Shown in pieces: positions 1-12,382 of a stretch of DNA of 64,000 bases; position 1 is the stretch's first letter; each line of letters opens with the position of its first letter. A program made the position numbers and the translations under genes. The DNA is from Octopus sinensis (Eukaryota): NCBI RefSeq assembly GCF_006345805.1, contig NC_043010.1, positions 30,752,001 to 30,816,000 on the forward strand, in the 5' to 3' direction. The notes beneath the pieces are model-generated. The model was given only the letters and a program-made list of their open reading frames with translations. It made no database searches and was not told where the DNA came from.

Positions 1-254
1 CAGTAAAACAAACAGCAACGCTGCCGGCAACTAATAATAATAGTAATAAAAATAACTTGTTTTGTGATAGAATCTGCAGAATGTCAAAGTGTTAATTTTA
101 ATACCTCTCTCTTGCACTCGCACTGACAACAACAACAGCGTCAGCAGTTAGAAGTAAGTTCCTCCCACTCTTAATTCACACTACCTGCTTTTCTCTTTCT
201 GTCACACTGTACACTTTCTCTTTTTTATTCTATCAGGTCAAGACATACAATAGG

Positions 255-294
<40 letters not shown>

Positions 295-863
295 CACAGT
301 AGTGTGTGTTCTTGTATAGTAAAGTATTACATACATTGTAACGTCTGTATAAACCTGTTGATTTTTATTATTTGTATCTTTCTGCGTATCTTGTCTCGTA
401 TCAACGCATGAATTCGTATTAAATAGAAGAAAACACGCACATACATACACATGTCAACTGTTTACCATATTTGGACATTAAACCAAGTGGACAACCCTGA
501 GAAACTTTACATTTTGTGAATGGAGTTATCAGGTTTTGATGTAATGATCGTTTCCTCTTCCTAGGCCACAAATCTTTCTATTTTTCAAAAGGTTTAGGTG
601 AAGACGAATATTAGAATGTTATGAGGTTCATGCTCTTTTTTTATTTGTGTATTAGCTGCATAAATGAATTGAAATTGCCTCGTAAAAAAGCAGACATTGG
701 AACGTATATTACGTTGACGATAGTCAATTAATAATTTAGCGCTAATTACTTTCCTGATATCTACTTCAGGAATAGAAAAGTAACGTGTGTGCATATTTCC
801 ATATATAGGTATATACATATATATTTGCGCGCGCGCAACACACACACACACATACACACACAC

Positions 864-895
<32 letters not shown>

Positions 896-1454
896 ACACA
901 CAGCTATATATCATTTAATGTCCATGCTCGCACAGGTTGGACCGTGCGGTAGGATCCGAAAAAGGCAAGGACATGTAGAAGTGTTGGAAGGAGAATGGTT
1001 CGCAAGATCGCCGTTGGTATTAGCAGAGGAAGCCAAGTAAATAGGTAGATCGATGAAAACTGCAAAAATTTGAAGGTAAGGGGCATCTGGGTCAACTTGG
1101 AGAAGGGGAAGTAATTAACAGTGACAGGTGGACAACGGTAGTAGATAAAGGTGAGAGTAGTGATGTTGATGAACGAGATGGCTGAGAGACACAACATGTA
1201 GTTAAAGTGTATTGGATAGAGGTATGATGAGTCCAAAGCCCCTTCCTATATGTATGTAGGCTTTGCTGAAGAGCAAGTGAGCTGAGTGATGAGGGTAGAG
1301 TGATCAATACAGGTGGTAGGGATATGAGAGAGGTACCATTATTTAAGATGAGCAAAAAGTGGGATTGAGCAATATGTCGATGGAATGGAATGAAGGGTGT
1401 ATAATTAGAGAGCAGCAGATGTAAGACTAGCCGTGTAGAAATGTTGATTTTAAA

Positions 1455-1655
1455 TTTTGGCACAAGGCCAGCTATTTCGGGGGAGGAGGTAAGTTGATTG
1501 AATCGACCCTGTGTTCAATTGGTACCTATTTTATTGACTATGAAAAGATGGAAGGCAAAGTCAACTTTAACAGTATTTGAATCCAGAACATGAAGATGGA
1601 TAAAATGCTCCTAAACATTAAACTCAGCATGCTAACAATTCTGCCAGCTTGCCAC
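1455..1655 (-). mobile_element. Diverged tRNA-derived SINE, family B (CORE-like)
   Basis: Reverse complement resembles the intact copy at 13349-13578 (tggcaagctggcagaattgttagc...ttgactttgccttccatc...gtaccaattgaacacagggtcgatt). Confidence 0.7.
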
Positions 1656-1729
1656 CTTGAGCAGCCTCTAAACTCATCCCATGAGTTAGAGTGCATGTGA
1701 TGGATGGAGATGTCTTCTTCAGCATTTTG

Positions 1730-2110
1730 TATTGCCAATCATCTTCAGGTCAGTTGCCACTACATTCTTCCAAGTCTTCCTTGGTCTCCTTCTTCCACAG
1801 GTTTCACATTTTTATGCAGTAGTCATCTTCCATGCACAGTCCATGGAAGAACAGTCTTTTCTCTTGCACATTACAACAGATTCTTTTTATAACCAATTTT
1901 TCTTTCCGTTATTTTGTACTATGGCGTTCATACACTCTAACATTACACATCCATCAGAGCAGACTTGCTTCATTTCTTTCTTTCCTTCACAAGTCTTCTG
2001 TGTTTAAGGCACTTGCCTCACTACCATGCAGCAATGCAGTTCTAAACACAAGTATCGTACAATCTATCCTTCATTCTAAAGAAAAATACTTTCATCGCCA
2101 GAGAGTGTAA
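1730..2110 (-). mobile_element. RTE-clade LINE 3' remnant (degenerate RT C-terminus)
   Basis: Manual minus-strand translation across stops and frameshifts gives RTALLHGSEASALNTEDL*RKERNEASLL*WMCNVRVYERHS and GRRRPRKTWKNVVATDLKM, matching the LLYGSE(T)W and GRP(R/K)KTW motifs of RTE ORF ends. Confidence 0.75.
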
Positions 2111-3006
2111 TAGATTCTTGAACTTCCTATAACATGTTCTTACCCTGTCTACTTTACTGTCTGAACAACCTTCTCCCCTACTAATTATATGGTCTTGGTA
2201 ACAGATCTTGGTAAACTTCTAGTTTACCCAAATTTTAAATTTATTTAGTTTAAAATAATTTAACTTCTTTATGTATCATGATCATGTAATTCAGCAATTT
2301 AACAACGTTTATGTTAATGAAACAGCTGTTGAGCTCAAAATAAGAATTATATGTGAAATTTCTGCTTTTGTGTTAAATATGTTGCTCTTAAAAATCATTT
2401 TAGCTAATTATATATATGCATGTATGTCAGTCCCACTTGGATTTACTACAATGTAATAACATGTTGATGTTTAACAACCTGTTATGAATTGTCCTCTTCC
2501 TATCACCAACCACTTTATAGAGTGTGTTGGGTACATTTGTCATGGCACTGGAATGAGAAGAGTTGCCTCATATGCCATAAGAGGAAAGAATACTCACTAT
2601 TCTAAGATGTATCTGCTTGCCCAAGACAATGTGGCAGATGTAGATGCAGAGTGATTGGTGTGAGAAGAGAAGTGAGAATGATGGGAAAATGGTAAGAATA
2701 GTTGATGGATGACAATAAGAAGTGGCTCAAAGAAGAATGGCTGATGACTAATTGTAAATAAAGGGTGAAGGAGAATGCATTGGGTAGAAACATGTCCTAT
2801 TAGGTTTCTTATACATTGACCTCATGATGGGCAAGAGAGGTGCTGGTGTGGGTGGTTGTAGGTGGATTAAATGTAGGCAGGTCCCATACCATTCATTGTT
2901 GTATGAGCAGCATGAGAGATACAAATCTGAGTGATGGAAAAATTAATGATAGGAGAGGGTTTCTAAGATACAGTCGAGGTAACAAATGCAGACTTGACTG
3001 TATGTG

Positions 3007-3037
<31 letters not shown>

Positions 3038-3376
3038 TGTCTGAATAAAAATTAGAGATCTCAGAATAATATAGGGTACAAAATATATCATTTAATGTTT
3101 CTTCTTCCAAGCTGGCATGGGTTGGACAGTTTGACAGGAATCAATGATCCAGAGAACTGCACTGAGCGCTAATGTCCACTTTAACATGGTTTTTCCAGCT
3201 GGGTGCCCTTCCCAATGCCAACCACTTTACTGAGTGTACTGAATGCTTTTTTGTAATACCAGTGTTAGTGAGGTTACTAAGTACTTGGAAGACAAGACCC
3301 TTCAACTTAGGTACAGTTTTGAACGACATGAAAGTATAACAGAAAGACAGGAACAGGTATTTTGTTGAAGAGGTGA

Positions 3377-3562
3377 ATGCATGGCTTCTTTAGTTGGAAA
3401 GAGAGTGAGGAATGGTGAGGGCTTATCTTCAAGATACAAAATGAATATGAGAGAGGGAATAGTGATAGAGGAACAGAAAAGTGGAATGGATAAGTAAGTG
3501 ATGTAGGGTGTATATGAAGAGATTTACCTGTACACATACATTCATATATCTATATATATCTA

Positions 3563-3612
<50 letters not shown>

Positions 3613-3947
3613 GATAGATAGATAAAGGATAAGTAAGTGATGTAGGGTGTACATGAAGAGATTTACCTGTACACATACATTCATATATCTATCTATCTAT
3701 CTCATCATCATCATCATCATCGTTTAATGGAAAGCGGACGTTAAACGATGATGATGATGATGATGAGATAGATAGATAGATATATGAATGTATGTGTACA
3801 GGTAAATCTCTTCATGTACACCCTACATCACTTACTTATCCATTCCACTTTTCTGTTCCTCTATCACTATTCCCTCTCTCATATTCATTTTGTATCTTGA
3901 AGATAAGCCCTCACCATTCCTCACTCTCTTTCCAACTAAAGAAGCCA

Positions 3948-3952
<5 letters not shown>
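3377..3952. repeat. Local fold-back: perfect 101-bp palindrome plus inverted duplication
   Basis: 3627-3727 is the exact reverse complement of 3741-3841, with a 13-nt loop. The right arm continues to 3952 as the reverse complement of 3377-3550. ORFs 3307..3537(-) and 3792..4106(+) encode nearly the same peptide. Confidence 0.9.
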
Positions 3953-3992
<40 letters not shown>

Positions 3993-4409
3993 TCCTCTAT
4001 GCATGGTTTTGAAATAGCACAGTCCAACAAAACGAACCAATTATCTTTTTGCACCATTGTTTTTACTTTAACACTGTTTAAACATCTTTCATTGTGTGAC
4101 CAGTAAATTTATTGCAAGTGGCAAATAAACGATTAAGTAACATAAATCAATTATAATTTACAAAGCACCCATGATTAAGTAACAATTTAGCAAAGTAAAA
4201 TAGAATCCAATCTATTTTTTCTGAATAGTGACCGCCCCTCTCACTCTCCAGTGTGGGTGGGACCTATGCACTGTACATACCTTTGGCTGTGTGTAATCGC
4301 TCCATCAGATGGCATGCAGTGGCAGTTGTTAACATTGGGTCTAATATGAAAGACGTCGCGTGTTTCACCTTCTGCTATATCTTTTATTGTAGAAAATGAT
4401 AACCTAACC

Positions 4410-4935
4410 CAAATGTCGGTTGATGCATCTAAGAAAAATAAAAGAGCATCGATTCCTTTGGAGACCAAGATCAATATTTTGGATTGTCTTCGTAAGGACG
4501 AAAATGCAGCATTCTGCCGAAATGAAGCTATGTTAAGAACAATCAAAAAGAATGATGCTGCCATTAGAAGATCTATAGCTTCTGGAACAAAATTATAAGT
4601 CGTTGCCATATACAAAAGACATGATTCAAGAAAAAAATGGAGAAAGCTTTAATAATATGGATAGATAAAAACAGTCAAAAAAGGAGACCAGTAGATAGTA
4701 AAACCATAAAATGATTTCACAAAAAGATTAATGATCTAGAGTCATCAAGTGTGTTACATCTGTCTAGTGGTAAAAATAAGAATTTGGAGGCCTTCTAGAA
4801 TTGTATTTACAGATAGTGGAAGCACTTCATCATCACTACTAAGACTGCTGCTGAAGAATTTCTTCCAAAACTAGCCAAAATAATTGAAGAAGGTGGTTAC
4901 ATTTCAGATCAAGTTTTCAATGCAGATGAAACACA
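4410..4935 (+). pseudogene. Tigger/pogo-like transposase remnant (N-terminal HTH and start of DDE domain)
   Basis: KRASIPLETKINILDCLRK...MLRTIKKNDAAIRRSI (CENP-B/psq-type HTH), MEKALIIWID near 4638, and KTAAEEFLPKLAKIIEEGGYISDQVFNADET at 4841-4933 (pogo QVFNADET motif). The frame is broken. Confidence 0.85.
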
Positions 4936-5079
4936 TGGGGTGTGATGGATAAATTGTTGCCATTTTATATTTTTTTAATTTCACACATGCACACTGTTTC
5001 TTTTTGATTTTGTTGACTACACAGTATAGTAGGGTCACTTAGGTATTGTCTGTGAGAAAAACAGCTCTATGACACAATT

Positions 5080-5587
5080 CACTCTGCCAGAAATTTGGAA
5101 ATGACATGTACTGCTTGGCATTCATGCCAGAAGTTCCAATATGAACATTTCAGATTGGGTGTCAATTTGAGGATAGTGCTTGTACCAAGAGTGATAAAAA
5201 TCAAACATCCAGTCAACATCATGATGTTTGGAGTGATCACTAGTGATGGCGAGGTTATGCCTGCATTCGTCTTCCCACATGGTCTCAGACTCAACATAGA
5301 GGCCTACATCGAGTGCCTGAAGGAGGTAGTGCTGCCCTACATCAAAAGGTTGGCTGCTGGAAGACCCTATGTCTGGTAACAGGACTCTGCACCATGCTAC
5401 ACAAGCAGGAAAACCCAGTCATGGCTGTCAGGCAATTTCCGTGACCACACACCCCTAACATCTGGCTACTTAACTCCCCTGACTGCAAACTCCTTGATTA
5501 TTTACATGCAGAGTGCAGTTGAGGGAGAGACCAACAAAACTCCTTGTAACACCAAAGATGAACTGAGAGCAAGGATTATGGCAGCAT
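5080..5587 (+). pseudogene. Tc1/mariner (maT/DD37D-like) transposase remnant
   Basis: KHPVNIMMFGVITSDGEVMPAFVFPHGLRLNIEAYIECLKEVVLP...RPYVW*QDSAPCYTSRKTQSWL...NSPDCKLLDY: QDSAP and SPD(x)NPLDY-type motifs, with an in-frame stop. Confidence 0.8.
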
Positions 5588-5757
5588 AATAATAATAATC
5601 TGTCCAGTACCAGATCAATCCCAAAGTCTAATCAGTTTGTGTCAGTCATGAGGCCAAACATCCCTGAAAGTTTCATCTGAATCTATCTGGTGGTTCTTGA
5701 GACATCTTGTCCATGGACAAACAAAAATGACTGAAAACTAAGGCAGAGGTAATGATG

Positions 5758-5792
<35 letters not shown>

Positions 5793-5810
5793 TATTATTA
5801 TTATTATTAA

Positions 5811-5836
<26 letters not shown>
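5758..5836. repeat. (AAT)n directly followed by (ATT)n, a self-complementary microsatellite
   Basis: ataataataa...aataataata then attattatta...ttatta, read directly. Confidence 0.9.
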
Positions 5837-5841
<5 letters not shown>

Positions 5842-6074
5842 ATTATAGTAAGGAACTTGTAGCTGAATCTATAGGGGAATTTCGAGAGAAAATTTAGCTT
5901 GGAAGCTAAACCTACAATTGAGAGGTCTTAAGGTAACTTACCAATGGTGGAGTCTTTAGTAAATAGGAAAGATGACAAGACTCTGATATCTTCAGAGAAA
6001 TGGCATTGCTTGATAGGCAAAGAAGGAGTAGGTATAAACTCCATATATACTCTACCCAATGTATTTTTATTATT

Positions 6075-6109
<35 letters not shown>

Positions 6110-6361
6110 TATTTCCACCATTCCCTAATAACCTCTTGTGCTACAGTCAATAGTTAATAATAAGTAAATATGTGTGCATGTGTGAAAATTCCATCTGGCC
6201 CATGTGAGCATGGAAAATTTGACTTTGTTGATGAGGAGGAGGATTTGTTTAACATTCATTTTTCCATGATGGTATTGGCTGGACAAAGTTTTATCGTTGA
6301 AGCATTATTTTACACCTGAATATAAACGCTTCTTGTTGCTAACCTTTACCTGTTTTTCAAG

Positions 6362-6392
6362 GAAGGGATTTTTATTCTGGATGAGCTATGAG
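6362..6392 (+). CDS. Candidate 31-nt upstream exon of the zinc-finger gene (ends ATG AGC TAT GAG = MSYE)
   Basis: Preceded by gctaac (branch-like) and cctttacctgtttttcaAG; followed by GTaatt. It ends in phase 0, matching the phase-0 acceptor at 6998/6999 (GAT GAA ATG). Confidence 0.5.
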
Positions 6393-6515
6393 GTAATTTT
6401 TTAAAATTTTTTGACAGGGAATTCATCATCATGATCAAGTAATTTCATGCAAAGACTTCACAGAATATAAACACTGTCATAAATATTGGCATAAGAATAC
6501 ACATATACACACTTG

Positions 6516-6553
<38 letters not shown>

Positions 6554-6609
6554 TACACACACACACACTCTCTCTCTTACTTATTAACATGCACACATAT
6601 ATTCTGTAT

Positions 6610-6775
6610 ATATGGCAGATTTCCATAAAGTTTCCATCCTACCAAGTCCACTCACAAGACATTGGTCAACCCTGGGCTATAATAGAGGAAACTTACCCAA
6701 CATGTCATACAGTGGGACTGAATCTAAAATCATGTGGTTGTGAAGTATATTTTTTAACTGCACATATTTGTGCCC
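6610..6775 (-). mobile_element. tRNA-derived SINE family A, 5' half (intronic)
   Basis: Reverse complement matches the head at 31447 and 35760 (ttcagtcccactg...ttgggtaagt...tatagcccagggttgaccaa...ttgtgagtggacttggtagg). Confidence 0.75.
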
Positions 6776-6998
6776 ACATGTGTGTGTGTATGCAAGTGTG
6801 TGTGTGTGTATTTTTATGTCAATATTTATGACAATGTTTGTATTCTTTGCATGAAATTACTTGATCAGTTCCCTGTCAAAAAATTAAAAATTTTGTCAAA
6901 AAATACACTCCATGTTGTTGTTTCAGCCATTAACCTGTGTTGTTAGTTTCAAACGTTGAAATTAAATTAAGACCAACTTTCAACTTTCCCTATTTCAG

Positions 6999-7724
6999 GA
7001 TGAAATGGAGAAAGCATTAAAGGAGAAAACATTCCAATGCCAGGTGTGTGATGAAACTTTTCCTGAATACAGAGATCTTGAGAAACACGTTTCAGTTCAT
7101 ACTGAGGTAAAGCCATTTCGATGTGAGGTCTGTGGCCGAATTTTTGACCGTAGTTCTCATCTTCGGAATCATGTAAAGACTCATGTTAACAAAGAATCAT
7201 TCCAGTGTGATATCTGCAACAAGACGTTTGCCTGCAGTTCTTGGTTGCAGAGGCATATGAGGAGTCATACAGGAGAGAAACCATTCCAGTGTGAGATTTG
7301 TGGTAAAAAATTTTCAAACAGCTCCCATCTACAGCGTCACATCAGAATTCATACAGGTGAGAGACCATTCCAATGTGAGATTTGCAGCAAAAATTTCTCA
7401 GACACTTCACACTTACAGAGGCATATGAAGACACATACTGACGTGAAGCCTTTCCAATGTGAGTTCTGTGGCAAACACTTTGCTGCCTCTGCCACTCTGA
7501 ACATTCATGTCAAAAGACACATTGGGGGAAAACCATTTCAGTGCAACATTTGTGGCAAACATTTTGGACGTAACTTCCATTTGAAACGACACAAAGCTAT
7601 TCACACAGACAAAATTTCCACAAACTGCGAAATATGTGGGAAACACTTCTTGTATAGTTCCAATCTTCAGGAACACATGAGGACTCACTTTAGTGAAAAA
7701 CCTTTTCCATATGAAACATGGTAA
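6999..7724 (+). CDS. C2H2 (Kruppel-type) zinc-finger protein, main coding exon, 8 tandem fingers
   Basis: ORF 7005..7724 has eight CxxC-x12-HxxxH units with TGEKPF/TGERPF/TDVKPF-type linkers. A polypyrimidine tract and tttcAG acceptor end at 6998. AATAAA signals lie near 7944-7960 and near 8296. Confidence 0.93.
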   Translation, partial: DEMEKALKEKTFQCQVCDETFPEYRDLEKHVSVHTEVKPFRCEVCGRIFDRSSHLRNHVKTHVNKESFQCDICNKTFACSSWLQRHMRSHTGEKPFQCEICGKKFSNSSHLQRHIRIHTGERPFQCEICSKNFSDTSHLQRHMKTHTDVKPFQCEFCGKHFAASATLNIHVKRHIGGKPFQCNICGKHFGRNFHLKRHKAIHTDKISTNCEICGKHFLYSSNLQEHMRTHFSEKPFPYETW

Positions 7725-9067
7725 AACTCCCACAAAATCTCCCTCTTGACCAGTATAAAATTGACCATAACATATATTCCAACAATGAGAGTCATTGTAA
7801 GAATGTGTGTGTTTTTTTTTTATTTACTTTAGTGGTGAGAGGTCTCTTTATATATATATATTGTGGTCTGTATATTGCTAGAATTTTGTTCCAGGGAGAA
7901 ATCTTCAAGTTCTGACAAAAAGAACTCCAACCCTCATAACAGAAATAAAGCAAAATAAATTAGCTTCAGCTCCACTTGGAACTAGAGTTTCAGTGTTTCA
8001 TCTGCCCTCTGTATCTGTAAATATATATAAAGACATCCTATTTGTAACGAGCCTGTCTTTAACTAAGGATTTATGAAGATTCTGACCTAATAACAGACAC
8101 AAAAAGTTATTATATAGTTTTGTATGTGATATTCTTGCTTTTGATCAACTTCCTGTATGTGTTTGTCAGGCAGGAGGCACACAAGACTATCATCAAGGTT
8201 GGGATAGGACTTAGCATGACAATCACACAAGAGCTCTCTTAATATTTGAATTTTTTTAATTCATAAATCTGAGATCAGAGGCACTAACTTGTAAAATAAA
8301 TAAATAAATAAATTATATACAATAAAGTGAAATGAAGTAAAGAGTATCAACACTTCTGGCTGTAAAACTGAAATTCTTAATGTAAACTAAGACTGGAAAT
8401 TGTATTTTATCTGTTGCAAATCTTGAATAACCTCATATTAAAAGTTCACACCTTTCTAGGTTTGCCATGTCACTGAATTGTCTCAAGTTACTTTTTACAC
8501 CACACATTCTCAGATAATTGCTTGTGAATCATTTATTTTAAGTTAAAGTATTTTCTGCTACTAAATTTTCTTTGCAACACCACCAACTGAAGCAGACAGT
8601 GTAAAAGATATCATTTTATGATTAAAACTAAACAAGTTATAATCAAATATCAAATGCCTGATGAACCCATAGAATTATTTCCTCCTGGATTGGTTTCCAG
8701 TGTATCGCAGTGTATGATTCGATATATAGAACCACTTAAACCTTGTAGTATTGAATGTACCACACAGATAATAAAATACCTACAGTTGATCTTAAAATAA
8801 AACTCTGAGTATACTGTCCAATATCACGGCCACTCTGCAAATTAGGTTTGTTTTTCAATAAGAAATTATTAATGGTTAATTCAAAAACCATTTGATTGTT
8901 CTGCAAAGCAGTTTGTTTGATAAAGTAGGATGCTTTCTCTTTACATTTGCTGCACAAACATCTTACTCCTATGACAAGCAGTACATTAATATTTATTTAT
9001 TTAGGTGAATGTAAGCATATTGTTTGAAGTTAGGCCCTATTAAGTTGTTTCAGAGAAGATGAAGTGG

Positions 9068-9420
9068 TGCCATGCTGGGGCACCACCTCAGAGAATATTT
9101 TAGTCGAATGAGTCAACCCTAGTACTTATTGTTTTGAAGCCTGGTACTTATTCTATCTGTCTCTTTGCCAAGCTGCTAAATTACAAGGACATAACACACC
9201 AGCACTGGTTGTAAAGCAGTGGTAGGGGACAAAGACACAGACACACACATACATATATATGATGGGCTTCTTTCAGTTTCCATTTACCAAATCCACTCAC
9301 AAGGCTTTGGTTGGCCCAAGGCTATAGTAGAAGACACTTTCCCAAGGTGCCTTGCTATGGGACTGAACCCAGAACCATGTGGTTGGGAAGCAAATTTCTT
9401 ACCACACAGCTATGCCTGCA
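9068..9420 (-). mobile_element. Full-length tRNA-derived SINE family A
   Basis: Minus strand: head gcaggcatagctgtgtggtaag...gggttcagtccca, central short microsatellite, 3' end ...ggtggtgccccagcatg. Confidence 0.85.
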
Positions 9421-11119
9421 CTTATAGCTTTTTACCACATGTCCATGCCTGTACCTATATGATTATATAATTTTAAATGAAATGTCCATACGATGTTACT
9501 TTAGTTGTGCATTAACCAACTTTGACATTAATCTCAGCAGCATTCCACTTTTTTATACCTACTTAACAAACTTTTCCCCTACCCAACTGTCCATTTTTTT
9601 TCTGTTTTAAAATACCTAGCTTAAAGGAAAAGGTTTACTCAACCCATACTCATTGCAGGGCCCTTCTAGACATGTGAGATGAACATGGCTGATGTTGTTC
9701 TTGAATGTCTATAAGTTAATGACTGTTGGAAAAAACGTGAGCAATGACAGAACACCATGTGATGTTCTGGGTTAGAAGAAATAAGTAAAGATGTGTTGTA
9801 GTTCAAGTGTCTGTATTTTGTTTACATGACTTTTTCATTAATTTGTGGCTGGGAAAATGTTTGTAAAAGTTGATTGTTTTGTTGTGCTGATGGAGTTGAT
9901 GTTGGTGCTGATGATTTTGTAATGGATTTTATATTTTATCGTCATGTCTTATCACCTTCAGTTGGGGGCCACATCTGTTTATGTTTCATTCTTCCTCTTA
10001 CCCACAACAAAGGCCTTTTGAGGTGACTTCAACATACCTTCATCTCCTGATGAGGCCTTTGGTACAATGAGGCCTGAGTCAAAAGAAACAGACAAATGTT
10101 GTGTTTGTTCTAGTGTCTTCGCCAACTTTATGAGGGACAGATACTTTCTCTGGAGTTAGTAGCAACAGTGGAAATTGTTGTGCTTTCTCCACTGGAGCAG
10201 AAACCTTTGAGGTGGATTGAATTCTCACACATGAAACATTTGGGTTTTTGCCCTCTATTAACATCGACATCTGCTTTCATTCTCCGAAACTGAAAAATCG
10301 GGAATGCTACTGAATTCTTCAAGAGCAACCAGTATCTGGAATTCTATAAGAATTCCAGTCCTGTTGAGTTTAATGGGGATGGACATCCTCTCCACAATCT
10401 CACCATACCCCTCCAAAATGGCTAAAACTCTTGCTAGATTTCTATGAGCCGGCACATGCTCAACATGAATTCAAGTCAACCTCGTACCCACATAATGGGG
10501 AATCCTTATAAAGGACTGGGAAGTGCATGCAATTGTTGTCATTCTTCTGGTTTCTTGTCCGTTGATGCATATGACAGCTACCATCCCATAATGTTTCCCT
10601 TTATATACGTGTAACACTGAGGGCCACACACCTTCAAAGAATTTTTCAGTTTCTACCGGAATAGGAAAGTTAAGTCTCTTCTTGGGAGAAACACACTTAT
10701 TGATTATTGTTTGCCATTCAGAGTTTGTTTTTTTCACTCCTCACTGACACAACTTCAGAGCTTTATCTTGATGACTGTAGTAAAGGATGTTAGCTCTAGA
10801 GTTCTGGATGACTGTTTTGGACTATACGTTATTGTTTTTTTTAGTATTCCGAGAGTTTTACACATTTTAGGGCTATCCAGGTTTGTAGGGTGAGAGAGTT
10901 TGTTATTTTTTTATGTATGTGAGACTGTATATGTGTGTGTGCATGTATGCATGTATCTGTGTTTTATTCATTTTGAAGGTATCTGAGAATTTGGTGTTAG
11001 AGAGTAGGAGAATCTAACCTTGTACTTATTAAAAGTGCAATGTTACTGCAGTTAGGAGAAAAGTCTCTCCTTAATATGGTAAAGTAAACTTTAGATATAT
11101 TTGTCTAAAGGCTAGTATG

Positions 11120-12382
11120 CTAAAGCAAGTTACATGCAATTTTGGAAATTTCTTTCAATCTAGGTTTCCCGATTTTTCTCCACGTATCTGCGTTAATTAT
11201 GGTGATATCACTACCCATATTCAGTTGTAGCTTGATATTCACATTATTCATATTTATGAATACAAATTTTCTTTTCTGAGCCTCGCTTAGATTTTTTGTT
11301 GACAATACTTTCTTGCCAGAATTATTTTGCTCGATCTTTTTTTTTTTTTCACTCAACAATGTGAGCTTTTATGTCCGATTTTTCCACACTCAAAACATTT
11401 TAGATTTTTAAAAGGACGTTTATATTTAAAATATAAGCCACTTTTTTTACCATATCCACCACAGGCCGACACGCACGAACATGAGACCAACCCAGCTCCT
11501 CAATTTCATCTGCATCAACTGACATTCCTCTGCCACCGCCTGTAGAGTTAATTTTTGGTCCTATCCTAATCCAGGAATGCATGTCTGCATTTTTGCTTGA
11601 ACAAAAATTAGACATTTGAACATGTCCAGGGTGAATTCATTTAATTTGAATTTTTCACATTCTCTGTTTACCACTCCAACATAGATAACGAAATCATCAT
11701 CTTTTTTTTTTTTATCAAATTTAAACATTGCAATGAGTATTGAATTGAGAATTCCTTTCACTGAAAATTTTCGCTAAAATGTTAATTGTTTCATCGAAAC
11801 AAATCTCACCTGGTGTCTTCGGCAGAATATAATTACAATATTTTTCGTGTTCACAGGGGATAACTTTCTTAAAAGTAGTTTCATTTTGTCTCGTCAATCC
11901 AATTGCTACATTTTTCTTTAAAGATTTCTTCGTATCTTCGAAAATATGCAGAGAAAGTAATACCTTCTACTGGATTATAAACGAACTTTCCAATCGAGTT
12001 AGCCCCAGCGTCCTGTGTGAACAACCCTGATGTACTTTCAGCCTTTTCAACATTAACTCCAGCAACTGTTGCTGCTGTTGTCGTTATTGATGCAACTGCT
12101 GTTGCAAATACACCACACGGGCCAATAACTCCTCCATGTTAACGATTTTTTTCTTTGGTTTCGTATCAAAAAAATTTGACCGTCGGACGCAAGCTTGGAA
12201 TATCTCGTTGCCACTTTTATATCCTTAAAATTTATGATTTTAACGAAGCGGGGGGTAAATGTATTCACAAACGTAACTTCCGACTACCAACACGCGAGAT
12301 TCCAACACCTTCCTACCTCAACAAGAGTTCGACAAGTCCACCTTTTAATCACACAGGGGTATTAATGTCTATCACCACAACA
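11120..12382 (-). mobile_element. Ty3/Gypsy LTR retrotransposon relic (K02A2.6-like gag plus aspartic protease) with candidate PBS and 5' LTR
   Basis: Gag-like FVYNPVEGITFSAYFRRYEEIFKEKC...KLSPCEHEKYCNYILPK...VNRECEKFKLNEFTLDMFKCLIFVQ. Protease-like VNIKLQLNMGSDITIINADTWRKIGKPRL (D-T-G degenerated to N-M-G). PBS-like TGGCAACGAGAT at 12213-12202. A candidate LTR starts TGT at 12382. Confidence 0.8.

Noticed and set aside
154-236. Possible 83-nt intron (GTAAGT...polypyrimidine-CAG) as a 5' UTR of the ZNF gene
   Set aside because: The signals are plausible but there is no link to the gene 6 kb downstream without transcript data.
1225-1385. PSYMYVGFAEEQ, resembling a Penelope RT motif
   Set aside because: The spacing to a YxDD-like motif is wrong and there is no other support.
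7413-7733. 106-aa antisense ORF
   Set aside because: It is a shadow of the zinc-finger exon on the opposite strand.
10041-10093. CTGATGA-ggcc...ggcc hammerhead-like start
   Set aside because: Stem II is followed by tgagtcaaaa before gaaac, and there is no NUH triplet or stem I. At best this is a decayed relic.
10079-10737. ORFs resembling a second retroviral protease or integrase (INGQET...SQSFI)
   Set aside because: There is no catalytic D(T/S)G and the motifs are too weak to call without an HMM search.
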